Below the pieces are notes generated by a model. The model was not told the DNA's origin. It did no database searches and was given only the letters and a program-made list of their open reading frames with translations. This document shows positions 29,606 through 40,207 of a stretch of 64,000 nucleotides of DNA, one piece after another; the first letter of the stretch is position 1, and the number at the start of each line of letters is the position of its first letter. Source of the stretch: Candidatus Latescibacterota bacterium (GTDB lineage Bacteria > Latescibacterota > UBA2968 > GCA-2709665); assembly GCA_965219455.1 (NCBI GenBank), contig OZ244744.1:5248001-5312000 (forward strand), written 5' to 3'. The position numbers were made by a program, and so were the translations under genes.

Positions 29606-31078
29606 CTAGGAACGTACGGCTTTCTTAATTTCCCTGAGGCGTTTGGCTTCAGGGGATTTTTTATATTGTGCATCCAGCGGGAAACAACCCGATATCAGTC
29701 CGTGCCGAGGTGCGGTGGTGCAATCGCTGAACGTCCGACAAACGATTCTGGTATTTAATTTTCCGCTTCTGAGGACGTCCAGAGGAAGCTGTGGGTAGGA
29801 AAGGACCATCCTGCCCAGTCCGATAAAGTCAACGTGCTTTTCGCGTACGAGGGCTTGAGCGACGTGCGGCAGGAATTCCTGAAGGTAAGAATACCCCGTA
29901 CCCACTACGATCAGGTTGGGATGCCGCGTCTTGATCCGCCGGACGACGTCGATCTGGCGTGCGACGCCCACAAGAGGGTCTTCAGGCGGTTGGTATCCAT
30001 CTGAAGGGGGATAGTACGCGGGCCGCTGAATGTGGGGGTTGTAATACGGGCTGCCGGCCGAAAGATTGACCAGCCGGATATTCAGGTGTTCAAGCAAGTC
30101 CAGAAACTGATAGGGTTCGGTGAGATCCGGAACGACGGGCATGGACGGGTTGGCGCCGAACGCGAATGCATAGGGCAGGCAGTGGCCGAAGTCTTCTGGA
30201 ATGCCAGGTCCCTGTTTGCGACCTTCGGATCGTTTCGGATCCGGTCGATACGGAACAAAGTCGAAAGCGCTCAGACGTACGCCAATTTGGAGATCCGGAG
30301 CAACGGCCCGGATGCCCTGGACAATTTCCCGGAGGAAACGCGTCCGGTTTTCAAACGTGCCGCCAAAGGGACCGCTACGGGTAACGGCGCTCAGGAATTC
30401 GTGGCCCAAATATCCGTGGCAATGCTTGATGTCCACGAATTGATAGCCCAAATCAGCGGCCATTCGGGCGGCCGTCACATAGTCGTCGATAACGGATCGT
30501 ATCTCGCCGTCTGACATCACGGGGTGATTCGGATCCAAGCCGAATTTTCGGTCAAGGATGGGATGACGGTACAGGATCCGGGGTTCCATCCTGCCTGCGT
30601 GTGTGGGTCGGCAGAACCGTCCCGAGTGCGTGAGCTGCAGCCCCACCAACAGATCGTCCGTGTCGCCAACGTGCAGTCGGTGGGCCTCACGAAGTGTGTC
30701 CAGCAGTTCTGCGAGGCCGTTTCGGGTATGGTCAGCGGCGTACAGCTGGTTGGGGTTAGCGCGTGCTTCGGGTCGAACGGCGATCGCCTCGCCTCCCCAA
30801 ATGAGTTTTGCGCCGCTGAGACCGAAATTGCGCCACCGGCGACGGGTGTTTTCCGACGGATTGCCGTCCGTAAGGCCGTCCCAGCCTTCCATCGGATGGA
30901 TTGCAAACCGATTGCCGATGGACGCCGGAGTGAACGGAAAAGGCTGTGCGAGCGGAGATTCGGACGCGGTGAGGATGTCCTGGTCGCAGGGCAACTCCAG
31001 ACGAAGGGTCTCGAGGCGTTTCCGAAACGCGTCGACGGTCTTCAGGTGTCCAATGCGGACGATTTCTCCAGTTGGCAT
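29606..31078 (-). CDS. NADH:flavin oxidoreductase / Old Yellow Enzyme family
   Basis: [47 protein letters not shown]. Confidence 0.88.
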   Translation of the reverse strand: MPTGEIVRIGHLKTVDAFRKRLETLRLELPCDQDILTASESPLAQPFPFTPASIGNRFAIHPMEGWDGLTDGNPSENTRRRWRNFGLSGAKLIWGGEAIAVRPEARANPNQLYAADHTRNGLAELLDTLREAHRLHVGDTDDLLVGLQLTHSGRFCRPTHAGRMEPRILYRHPILDRKFGLDPNHPVMSDGEIRSVIDDYVTAARMAADLGYQFVDIKHCHGYLGHEFLSAVTRSGPFGGTFENRTRFLREIVQGIRAVAPDLQIGVRLSAFDFVPYRPDPKRSEGRKQGPGIPEDFGHCLPYAFAFGANPSMPVVPDLTEPYQFLDLLEHLNIRLVNLSAGSPYYNPHIQRPAYYPPSDGYQPPEDPLVGVARQIDVVRRIKTRHPNLIVVGTGYSYLQEFLPHVAQALVREKHVDFIGLGRMVLSYPQLPLDVLRSGKLNTRIVCRTFSDCTTAPRHGLISGCFPLDAQYKKSPEAKRLREIKKAVRS

Positions 31079-31347
31079 GAGTTCATCCCTGCTGCAGTCG
31101 AATGCGGTCGCGGTTTTCTCGAACGTGATTTTCTTCCGCCGGGGTTCAGCGTCGTTCCCGTTCAAAAACCGAAAGACAAATTACAAATTTCGGTTCGGGC
31201 AATGACACACGGGGTTCAATAAACCGGTCAGAAGCGGTGTTGGAACCCGGGTGCAAGAACCTGTATCACCGCCCGCACATTTGCGGTTTCCAAATATAGT
31301 GAATCGACAATGACGGCGCAATTCTCCAATCTGATCGGGAGACGGGT

Positions 31348-33303
31348 ATGACATTGGCGCACGGCACACGAGTCTGGTGTTCCCGCCGTGACTTTCTGGA
31401 GTGTACGGGCAGAGGAATCTCCGTAGGGGAGAACAACGTTCGGCTCAGGCGGGGGGTTACGGTCGCGGACGAAATGGGCAACTGCAGTCTGAACGATCGG
31501 GAGGCCGTCTTCGGGCTGCGGCAAGCCCGAAAGATATTCTCCATCCCTGCATTGGGCGCTTCCCGCGCGCTCCTGTGCCCGTATCTCCTGTGTGACACAG
31601 CGGACGGGGAGTTGGAGATTGAAGTGAACGGTCATTCGCTGACGGTCGGCTGGCCCGGCGACCGTACTTATTGGGAGGACCGTTGGCGGCCACTGGAGAT
31701 TCCTGCCTGCTGGCTTAGCGCGGGCGAAAACGAGGTGATATTCAGAGCGGTGGCCGATGCGGCCTGGACATTGTTGGTGGAAGAGAGCGTTCAGCCAAAG
31801 CGAAGCGCCGTCAGTGAAGATGGCGGTCAGACCTGGCGTTCCGGGGATATGGGCGTAAACGACCGCGCTTGCGGAGAATATATGGTTCGGCTCTGGCTGG
31901 ATCAATATGCGGAGGCGGGCGAGGTCTGTTCCAGTGCGGTGGATCTGCTTGGTCTTGTCTCCACGGGTGGGATTGCCGCCGCGGGCAACGTGACCACTAT
32001 CCAGTTGTCGGCCGACGTTCAGACGCCCGCGGGTTGCACCACGGCCTTGCAGTGGCGGTGCGGTCCGTGTCCGGCCTACAGCCCGAAAACCTGGACGGCG
32101 TGGGCGCCGGCATCGGAAACGATAGAGCCGGCCGGCCCCATGCGGTTCCTGCAATGGCGTATCGTCATGCAGTCAGGTCAACCATCGGTGACGCCGGAGG
32201 TGGAGCGAGTTTCCCTTTCGGTAGCGGCACGGGCTACACAGCCGATGGCGAGGATCGTGGATTCCGACAACCCGGCGCTGGTTCGGAGTTCCTATCGGTT
32301 TTCCCACTTGCCGGCGGATTCAAAACGGGGACAGATGTTGCGGGAGCGCTGGAAACTGGACGATGTGATCCGCCCCGCAAAATCCGAGTTCGAGGCGTTC
32401 CAGCATTTGCGGCAGTGGGTGAGGGAGCAGTGGGAGGACGGCTGGAACATGGGTGAAATTGAATTCTGCCCACCTTGGGACGCCATGGTGATTCTGAGCC
32501 TTGCGAGTCGCAAATTAAGCCTCGGAATGTGCACACACTACGCCACCGTGATGTCGCACTGCAGCGCCGCACTGGGATTTACGGCGCGTACTCAGATAAT
32601 GCGTTCACATTGCATCAACGAGGTCTGGTCGAGCCAGCACGGCAAATGGGTGGCAATGGATGTCGGTGGAGATAGCAACGACGAGACGAAATTTACATAC
32701 CATTTTGAGCGCCAGGGGGTGCCGCTCACCGCGCTGGAGGCGCACCGGGCGTGGGTGGAACAGGATTACGAGGACGTCAGGATCGTGCCCGAGCCGCCGG
32801 CTGCGGTCTCGGAGCAATTCCAGGTGGCCAAGCGCTTGAAACTGTTCGAACGCTTTATGATTTCCCTTCGAAACGACGAACTGGAGACCATGGGCCCGGG
32901 AGAGCCGGAGCATGGCAAGATTTCGTATCATTTCAATAGATACCTCTTCTGGCAGGACGCGGAAACGCCCGGGTTGCCGTGGTTCTCCGAGCATACGGAG
33001 CGACCGGAAGACCTTTACTGGACACCCAACCGGGCGGCGATTCATCTGCAACGGGGCGTTGGTACAAATGAGCTTCACGTGCTGCTGGATACGGAAACCG
33101 CGAATCTAAAGGGATTTGAAATACGGATCGACGACGAAGAGTGGCAGGAAAGTTCGTCGGCCTTCACCTGGCGTCTTAATTCGCAGGTGAGCAGGCTGGC
33201 TGTAAGGCCGGTGAATGCATTCGGGAGGCTCGGGGCGGAGAGTTCTGTCGTTGTTCGGGGAGTCCCACTTCCGGTTGACCATTCGGTATCGGACGGAGGG
33301 TGA
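31348..33303 (+). CDS. large transglutaminase-like domain protein
   Basis: GMCTHYA...HCINEVWS...KWVAMD gives a Cys-His-Asp triad; BNR/Asp-box-like SEDGGQTW in the N-terminal half. Confidence 0.7.
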   Translation: MTLAHGTRVWCSRRDFLECTGRGISVGENNVRLRRGVTVADEMGNCSLNDREAVFGLRQARKIFSIPALGASRALLCPYLLCDTADGELEIEVNGHSLTVGWPGDRTYWEDRWRPLEIPACWLSAGENEVIFRAVADAAWTLLVEESVQPKRSAVSEDGGQTWRSGDMGVNDRACGEYMVRLWLDQYAEAGEVCSSAVDLLGLVSTGGIAAAGNVTTIQLSADVQTPAGCTTALQWRCGPCPAYSPKTWTAWAPASETIEPAGPMRFLQWRIVMQSGQPSVTPEVERVSLSVAARATQPMARIVDSDNPALVRSSYRFSHLPADSKRGQMLRERWKLDDVIRPAKSEFEAFQHLRQWVREQWEDGWNMGEIEFCPPWDAMVILSLASRKLSLGMCTHYATVMSHCSAALGFTARTQIMRSHCINEVWSSQHGKWVAMDVGGDSNDETKFTYHFERQGVPLTALEAHRAWVEQDYEDVRIVPEPPAAVSEQFQVAKRLKLFERFMISLRNDELETMGPGEPEHGKISYHFNRYLFWQDAETPGLPWFSEHTERPEDLYWTPNRAAIHLQRGVGTNELHVLLDTETANLKGFEIRIDDEEWQESSSAFTWRLNSQVSRLAVRPVNAFGRLGAESSVVVRGVPLPVDHSVSDGG

Positions 33304-34233
33304 ATGGACAGAATCACAATGGAGAATTACGGTACATCAATGGTTCGGCCGGACGATTTTGACTCCTTTTGGGACGATGTGCTCAACACCGTGGACCGGA
33401 TTCCTCTGAACGCATCCGTGGTGCGCAGCCCACTCAGGTCGACGCCCGACGTGGATGTTTTCGACGTCCATTTCGACAGTATCGACGGTGTCAGGATTGC
33501 GGGCTGGTACTGCCTGCCCGCGACGCGCACGGGGACGCTGCCTTCGATCTTGCAGGTGCCCGGGTATATCGGGGAGCCCCAATTGCCAAAACAGCAGGCC
33601 AGGGGGGGCTATGCGGTTTTCAGCGTCGCCCCGCGGGGAAAACTCAGAAGTAACGGGCAGTTCAACCCCGGATATCCGGGGTTATTGACGCACAATATCG
33701 TGGATCGGAATACCTATTCCTATCGCGGGTTTTATATCGATGCCGTACGGGCGTTCGACTTTCTGGCCAGCCGGGAGGAGGTGGATTCAGAGCGGATCGG
33801 CGTGACGGGCAGCAGCCAGGGAGGCGGATTGACGTTTGTGGTTGCTGCGCTCAGGGATCCCAGGGCCGGGGCAGCTGGAGCACCCTATCTGTGCGGGTTT
33901 ATGGATGCGATCCAACTGACGCACACCTATCCCTACCAGGAAATACGGGACTATCTGAGGCTTTACCCCGAGAGGGAGCCCTCGGTGCGGGAGACGCTGG
34001 CCTATTTCGACGGGATTCACTTCGGGCCGCGGATCAGGTGTCCGATTATCGTCAACGTGGGACTACGGGACAATATCTGCCCGCCCGAAACCGGATACGC
34101 GGCATTTCGGGCAATCGCGTCGAATGACAAGCGGATGTACGCGTACGACGGCCACGCCCACGATGCGGGCAGCGTGAAGCACAGTAAAGTGATTAGCGCG
34201 TTTTTCGAGAAACATCTGAAAAGTCATCCTTGA
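33304..34233 (+). CDS. acetylxylan esterase / cephalosporin-C deacetylase family (CE7, AXE1)
   Basis: RPDDFDSFW, GSSQGG nucleophile elbow, LRDNICPP (Asp), GHAH (His). Confidence 0.9.
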   Translation: MDRITMENYGTSMVRPDDFDSFWDDVLNTVDRIPLNASVVRSPLRSTPDVDVFDVHFDSIDGVRIAGWYCLPATRTGTLPSILQVPGYIGEPQLPKQQARGGYAVFSVAPRGKLRSNGQFNPGYPGLLTHNIVDRNTYSYRGFYIDAVRAFDFLASREEVDSERIGVTGSSQGGGLTFVVAALRDPRAGAAGAPYLCGFMDAIQLTHTYPYQEIRDYLRLYPEREPSVRETLAYFDGIHFGPRIRCPIIVNVGLRDNICPPETGYAAFRAIASNDKRMYAYDGHAHDAGSVKHSKVISAFFEKHLKSHP

Positions 34234-34290
34234 TGTCGATTCGCGGGGGTCAGCCTGCAACTGCCCTCCGCGCGCCGGGAGAATTCGTCA

Positions 34291-35196
34291 ATGCCGGATC
34301 AATTTCGGCCGACCACGGCCAAGCCCAATGATTTTGAAGCATACTGGAATCGCACGATGGAAGCGCTGGACGCCACGCCGATTGCGCCCGAAGAGGAAAC
34401 GATGCCCATTCGGTCGACCGAGTTTTCAACGACATACGGGGTGCGTTTTACGGGCATCGGTCCGTACCGGCTGTTCGGCTATTTGAGCATTCCCCGTGGG
34501 CAGGGTCCGTTTCCGACGCTGGTGTATTTTACGCGCCTGCAAAGCGTCGTGGAACCGCTGCCGCAGGGCGATGCAATCGAGAAGCAACGACGATTCCTGG
34601 TGTTCGCCTTGGCCGCCAGGGGGCAACGCAACGCCGACAGACCCTATGCGGCGTCGTTCCCGGGCCTGTTTGTGGACGGAATCGAAGATCCCGAGGCCTA
34701 CGTTATGCGCGGAATTGTGGCCGACTGTTGTCGGGCCGTGGACTATGTGCTCACGCGACCGGAAGCGGATCGCGGCCGCATCGTGGGGATCGGTCAGAAC
34801 GAGATGCCGCTGTTGTCCGCGGCGCTACGCGGCGGCCTGACCCATCTTGTCGCGTCTCCGTCTTTCTTTTACGGCACCATGGATCGGGCTGCGGGCACCG
34901 AAAGCTATCCGCTGGAGGAGGTGAACGAGTATTTAAGGCAATTTCCGGTTCGCCGCGATGAGGTTGCCCGCACGGTTTCCTATTTCGACCCCCTGTTTTT
35001 TGCACCCCGGATCACAGTGCCGTCCCTGTTATGGGGGAGCCAGAATATGCTTGGGGCAATGGTCGATGCCATGTCGGGCAAGGTGGAGGTTCGCGCCTCG
35101 GAACACTCGCGTTACGAGGATGGGGTCTACCAGGAGGAATGGATTGCGCGGCACTTCGGATTGAAGGACGTTATACTGCCCGCGCACTGGCGTTAG
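34291..35196 (+). CDS. CE7/AXE1 paralog lacking the catalytic Ser (probable pseudoenzyme)
   Basis: KPNDFEAYW, ARGQR, YPLEEV, SYFDP are conserved, but GxSxG is replaced by GIGQNEM. Confidence 0.75.
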   Translation: MPDQFRPTTAKPNDFEAYWNRTMEALDATPIAPEEETMPIRSTEFSTTYGVRFTGIGPYRLFGYLSIPRGQGPFPTLVYFTRLQSVVEPLPQGDAIEKQRRFLVFALAARGQRNADRPYAASFPGLFVDGIEDPEAYVMRGIVADCCRAVDYVLTRPEADRGRIVGIGQNEMPLLSAALRGGLTHLVASPSFFYGTMDRAAGTESYPLEEVNEYLRQFPVRRDEVARTVSYFDPLFFAPRITVPSLLWGSQNMLGAMVDAMSGKVEVRASEHSRYEDGVYQEEWIARHFGLKDVILPAHWR

Positions 35197-35297
35197 TGCG
35201 GTGAGTCGCAAAGGGGTAGACGGCACGAACCGCAGTTGAACCGATCGGCATCGGACGCGGGTTACGGAAATTCTGTTCACACTTGGGGTGCAGACAA

Positions 35298-36488
35298 ATG
35301 AACATCCGGAAGATCAGGGAGGACTTTCCGGCACTTGAGAACTATGTGTGGTTCCAGAACGGGGGTGTGAGCATTACTCCGGCGCCCGTGGCCGAGACAC
35401 ATATGGGGTTGATGCGGGAATTGTTCGAACGCGGTCCGATGCACATTGCCTATCCCGACGTGGAATATCCCCGTCGGGAACGGACCAAGGAACGCCTTGG
35501 AGGATTTTTCGGTGTAAGGGCCGGTGATCTGGCTTTGATGCGCGGGGTGAGCGAAGCGTTCCAGACCGTCATTCGCGGCCTGGATTGGAAGGCCGGAGAC
35601 CGTATATTGATTTCGGAAGAGGAAGAGGTGGCGCTGCTGGTGCCGTGTCTTCATTTGCGCGATCTGTTCGGCGTTGTCGTGGACAAGGTACCTCTCCTGG
35701 ACGACGTGGATGGACAGGTTGATGCGGTTGCCGGACGCATCACGGATCGTACCCGGCTGATCGGGCTGAGCCATGTGATTTCAGATTCGGGGTACCGTCT
35801 GCCTATTGAACGGATCTGTGCGGCTGCAAGGGAGCGCGGGGTCATCACGTTTCTGGACACGGCGCATTCCGCCGGTTTGTACCCGATGGATCTGAACGAA
35901 GTGGGATGCGATTTTGCGGGAATTCTCTCCTACAAGTGGATGTATTCACCCTATGCCGCCGGTGCATTGTTCGCCCGAAAGGACCGCCGGGACGAGATCC
36001 GCGTTACCTATGCCGGCGGGCGTGCGCAGGCGTGGGTGGACTTCAGGGAAGATCGTTTCGAGCTCAAGGGAAATACAGAGAGGTTTGAATTCGGACCCTG
36101 GTCGTGGCCGTTGGTTCATGCCTGGGCGTCTGCGGTGGAATACCTGGCGGACGTCGGACTGGACGCGATCTGGACGCGCACTGCGGCGTTGACGACCCGG
36201 TTGAAGCAGGGGTTGAACGAAATTCCGGGCGTCACGCTGTTCACCCCTCTGTCCTCCGAACAGTCCGCCGCCGTCGTTGGATTCAACCTGGAAGGTTGGC
36301 GGCCTCCTGACGTGAGGGATGCGCTGAGGAGGCGCTGGCGCATTGTCGTCAAAGCGTTCAACACCACGCGAAACGGCCTGCGCGCCAGCGTGCCCTTCTT
36401 CCTCCTTGAAGAGGAAGTCGACCTGCTGCTCGACGCATTGGCCACGTTGGCCTCCGAAGGTCCGGCGCGATTGCCGGAAGGCGAGTGA
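35298..36488 (+). CDS. class V PLP-dependent enzyme (not a canonical cysteine desulfurase)
   Basis: IREDFP, LSHV, DTAHSAG, SYKWMYSP (PLP Lys), RFEFG, GLRAS; no RxGHHC catalytic Cys loop. Confidence 0.85.
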   Translation: MNIRKIREDFPALENYVWFQNGGVSITPAPVAETHMGLMRELFERGPMHIAYPDVEYPRRERTKERLGGFFGVRAGDLALMRGVSEAFQTVIRGLDWKAGDRILISEEEEVALLVPCLHLRDLFGVVVDKVPLLDDVDGQVDAVAGRITDRTRLIGLSHVISDSGYRLPIERICAAARERGVITFLDTAHSAGLYPMDLNEVGCDFAGILSYKWMYSPYAAGALFARKDRRDEIRVTYAGGRAQAWVDFREDRFELKGNTERFEFGPWSWPLVHAWASAVEYLADVGLDAIWTRTAALTTRLKQGLNEIPGVTLFTPLSSEQSAAVVGFNLEGWRPPDVRDALRRRWRIVVKAFNTTRNGLRASVPFFLLEEEVDLLLDALATLASEGPARLPEGE

Positions 36489-36688
36489 GAATGTTCAGAC
36501 GGTCTCCGCGTGGATGTGTGTACCCATAACGCCCAATCCCCCGTCGGACCGATCCATTTCCAGGGGGCGTTTATTCTGTAAATGGAATCCGGTCAACCCC
36601 GTTTCGGGTACCGGAAGCAGGGCGATCTTGACGCGTGCGGCCTGCCCGCGCCCCTGTCGTCCCTTTTTACCACACTGGAGGTCCGGAT

Positions 36689-37654
36689 ATGGTCGATGGT
36701 GCTGTCAGGATGCTGGTCCCCGGAGACGATCCGGTGATGATTGCCGAATCTCCACATCTGGATCGCCTGGCGTCTTACGGACAGGTGGTATTGTACGATT
36801 CAAGGCCGGAATCGACCGCAGAGAAGGTCGAGCGGGCGCAGGGTGCGGGTGTAATTTTAAACACACGAGGGGTCGTGGCCTGGGGTCGAAAGGAATTCGA
36901 ACAGTTGCCCGATCTTCGGATGATTGCGAGTTGTTCGATAGGTACCGATATGTTCGACCTGGAAGCCGCCAGAGAGCACGGGATTGTCATTTGCAATCAG
37001 CCGGGACGAACCGCGCCGGTGGTGGCCGAACACATGTTCGGACTGCTGTTTGCCGCAGCGAAACGGGCGGCATTCTTCACGGCGCGGATGAAGGCGGGTC
37101 AGTGGCCCAGGATGGATGGCATATACCTCCAGGATAAGGTGCTGGGCATCGTGGGTGCGGGGAATATCGGGGCCGAGATGGCCAGAATGGGACGCGCGAT
37201 AGGGATGGAGGTGATCGCGTGGACCTACCATCCATCGCCGGAACGGGCTGGAAGGCTCGGGGTGCGTTTCGTGACATTGGACGATTTGCTGGCCGAGGCC
37301 GACGTCGTCAGCATGCACGTGGCGCTTACCGAAGATAGCCGCGGAATGATTGGCGCACGCGAGTTCGGACTGATGAAGGAAGGCGCGATTCTGGTGAACG
37401 GCGCGCGGGGTCCGGTGGTGGATACCAACGCGCTGGTGGACGCGCTCCGGTCCGGGCGTCTGGGCGGAGCGGCGATCGACGTCTACGACGAAGAGCCCGT
37501 GCCGCCGTCGCATCCGCTGCTGTCCTGCGAGCAGGTGGTCTTGACGCCGCACTGCGCCGACATGACCCCGGAAGGGGTTGATCTGCTCAATGGCGGCGCG
37601 GTGGACAATGTTATTGCATTTCTGGAGGGTCGCCCGCGTAATCGGGTGACGTAG
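36689..37654 (+). CDS. D-isomer-specific 2-hydroxyacid dehydrogenase
   Basis: GIVGAGNIG, VNGARG, IDVYDEEP, LTPHCA; GGAGG SD. Confidence 0.9.
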   Translation: MVDGAVRMLVPGDDPVMIAESPHLDRLASYGQVVLYDSRPESTAEKVERAQGAGVILNTRGVVAWGRKEFEQLPDLRMIASCSIGTDMFDLEAAREHGIVICNQPGRTAPVVAEHMFGLLFAAAKRAAFFTARMKAGQWPRMDGIYLQDKVLGIVGAGNIGAEMARMGRAIGMEVIAWTYHPSPERAGRLGVRFVTLDDLLAEADVVSMHVALTEDSRGMIGAREFGLMKEGAILVNGARGPVVDTNALVDALRSGRLGGAAIDVYDEEPVPPSHPLLSCEQVVLTPHCADMTPEGVDLLNGGAVDNVIAFLEGRPRNRVT

Positions 37655-37674
37655 AACTCTCCGGACGTGTCGGA

Positions 37675-40191
37675 ATGGGGGAATCCGGAATGGATGCGTA
37701 TGAACCGTTGGATCTGTCCAAAATGTGCAACGCGGGCCCGGAGAGTCTGGGTGACGGACCGGATGTGTCTGCGGGCGTCCGGTACTACCAGGGGTTGCCG
37801 TTTCTGATTGGACGAGCGGACGCGAAGGCAGCACCGTGTCTGTTGGGCTTCGGCGAGGGGATGTCGCGCCGACCGGTATCCATCCCGGTCCACAAAACGG
37901 CGCTGCGGGTGGTCGTGGCGCACCGATTGCTCGATTCCCGGATTCCGGATAACGGGCCGATAGGCGAGCACGTCGCGGAATATCGCTTCCATCTGGAGGG
38001 CGGCGCCATTGTTTCGGCGCCGATCCGGGATCGGTTTGAGATTGGCACCGTACCGGCGTCTTCAGGGCTCCCTTTCGTCGCGGTTCAGGACCAGACCGAC
38101 GGGATGCTTCCGCGTCATGAAGGACGCTGGGGTGACGCCGGGCGACGTCAGACCGAGGCGGTGCAGGGCCGTTCGCGAAGCTTTACGCTCTGGGCCTGGA
38201 AGAATCCGCAACCGGACCGCGTGATTGAACGGCTGGAGGTGATTCCCGCGGGTCCCCGGTTTGTCATTGGAGGCATCACTCTGGGTTACGCCGACGAGCG
38301 TCCGTTTTCACGGGAGGCGCCGCGAGAAGTGTTGATAACGCTGCCGAGACAGGAGGAGGCTGAAAAACCGTTCGACCTGGATGTGAAGGTGGATCGGGGC
38401 ATTGCCACGTACCCCTATCCGCTGCCGCCGCAGGCGTCGGATGATTTCCTGAGGGACGACAGGAAGGGTTGGGGGGAACCGCAAAACCCGGCGAGCAGTC
38501 CGGCCTATGTTGAGGTGGCCGCGATTCCTTCGGCAACCATGACCGTGACACAGGGGGCCGAAACACTCGGGTCCGTCAACTGGGGGGAGTTGGAGAAACG
38601 TGGAACCGTTGAGACCCCGGCATTAAAGGTCGAGGTCGTGAACCGCGGACGCAACTGGGTACACACCCGGGTGGTCGATGACGAGACGGGAAAACCTGTT
38701 CCTTGCCGGGTGCACTTCAGATCGCAAGAGGGGATACCGTACGCACCGCACGGCCACCATCCGCACGTGAACTCCAACCTGGGCACCTGGCATACCGACG
38801 TGGGGGGCGACGTGCGGCTGGGTCAGATAACGTACGCGTATACGAATGGCACCTGTCAGGGCTGGTTGCCCCGAGGGAAGGTCATAGCGGATGTGGCCCG
38901 GGGGTTCGAGTATGAACCGTTGCGCACCGCAGTGGAGATCAGACCCGGACAGCGGGAACTGGAACTGCGGCTGAAACGCTGGTGCCACATGAATGAAGAG
39001 CGGTGGTTCAGTGGGGATTCGCATGTCCATTTTCTCTCCACACAGGGAAGCCACACCGAGGCGCAGGGAGAGGATCTCAATGTTGTCAATCTATTGCCGT
39101 CGCAGTGGGGCAACCTCTTTACGAACACCGAGGAGTTTACCGGCAGAGCGAGCGTGTCTCCGGACGGGAGCAGTATCGTCTACGTCGGTTCGGAAAACCG
39201 GCAGCACTTTCTCGGGCATCTGATTCTGCTCGGTCTGAAAGAAACCGTGATGCCATGGTGTTCCGACGGCCCCGGAGAAGCCGAGATGGGCGGTACGCTC
39301 GAGGTGACCATGTCGGATTGGGCGGATCGATGTCACGCACAGGGCGGAAACGTGATCATTCCCCATTTACCCAATCCCAACGGCGAGCCCGCCACACTGA
39401 TCGCCACGGGGCGGGCCGACGCGGTTGAGATGCTCAGACACACGATGTACAATCACAACGAATACTACCGGTATCTCAACTGCGGGTACAGGCTGCCGCT
39501 CGTGGGCGGCACGGACAAGATGAGCAGCGATGTGCCCGTGGGCATTTACAGGACGTATGTGAGGATACCCGGGGATGAGCCGTTCACCTACGAAACCTGG
39601 TGCAGGAACATGGCCGCCGGGCGAACCTTTCACAGCGGGGGGCCGATCATTCGGTTCACCGTGGACGGCCACAATATCGGTGACACGGTCAGACTTCCGG
39701 GTAACGGGGGCACCGTCGAAGTGGCTGCGGAGGCCGAGTGCGTGCTTCCCATCCATACGCTGCAGATAGTACAGGATGGGCGTGTCGTTGCTTCAACGGA
39801 AGAATCCGGGGGTGCGCGAAAGCTGAGTCTGAAAGCGGAAATAGAGGTAGGTGCGCACTCCTGGCTGGCCGCGCGGTGCGGAGGACCGGGCTATTCCCGT
39901 GCGGTGCCGCACCTCGACGGTTGGGGGCGCGGGATAATGGCGCATACTTCCCCGGTCTATATTGCCTGCGGTGGAGCGTGGTGGATGTTCGATTCTGAAA
40001 CGGCGCAGTATATGTTGACACTGGTGGATGGCTGCATAACGTACATGCACCGGAACAGCCGTCAACACAGGCCGGGAGAAGTCACCCATCACCACGGGGA
40101 GGAGGATCATATGGCATATCTGGAGCGACCGTTTGTGGAGGCGAGGGAGGCCATCCACCGTCGGATGCACCGACACGGGGTGCCTCACTAA
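37675..40191 (+). CDS. CehA/McbA-like PHP-fold metallohydrolase, copy 1
   Basis: RGFEYEP, SGDSHVH, ENRQHFLGH, YLNCGYRLPLVGGTD, AHTSPVY. Confidence 0.8.
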   Translation: MGESGMDAYEPLDLSKMCNAGPESLGDGPDVSAGVRYYQGLPFLIGRADAKAAPCLLGFGEGMSRRPVSIPVHKTALRVVVAHRLLDSRIPDNGPIGEHVAEYRFHLEGGAIVSAPIRDRFEIGTVPASSGLPFVAVQDQTDGMLPRHEGRWGDAGRRQTEAVQGRSRSFTLWAWKNPQPDRVIERLEVIPAGPRFVIGGITLGYADERPFSREAPREVLITLPRQEEAEKPFDLDVKVDRGIATYPYPLPPQASDDFLRDDRKGWGEPQNPASSPAYVEVAAIPSATMTVTQGAETLGSVNWGELEKRGTVETPALKVEVVNRGRNWVHTRVVDDETGKPVPCRVHFRSQEGIPYAPHGHHPHVNSNLGTWHTDVGGDVRLGQITYAYTNGTCQGWLPRGKVIADVARGFEYEPLRTAVEIRPGQRELELRLKRWCHMNEERWFSGDSHVHFLSTQGSHTEAQGEDLNVVNLLPSQWGNLFTNTEEFTGRASVSPDGSSIVYVGSENRQHFLGHLILLGLKETVMPWCSDGPGEAEMGGTLEVTMSDWADRCHAQGGNVIIPHLPNPNGEPATLIATGRADAVEMLRHTMYNHNEYYRYLNCGYRLPLVGGTDKMSSDVPVGIYRTYVRIPGDEPFTYETWCRNMAAGRTFHSGGPIIRFTVDGHNIGDTVRLPGNGGTVEVAAEAECVLPIHTLQIVQDGRVVASTEESGGARKLSLKAEIEVGAHSWLAARCGGPGYSRAVPHLDGWGRGIMAHTSPVYIACGGAWWMFDSETAQYMLTLVDGCITYMHRNSRQHRPGEVTHHHGEEDHMAYLERPFVEAREAIHRRMHRHGVPH

Positions 40192-40207
40192 GTTCGGTTC
40201 CGCGACG

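Noticed and set aside
35298-36488. Cysteine desulfurase (sufS) call
   Set aside because: The catalytic Cys loop is absent and no suf genes are nearby
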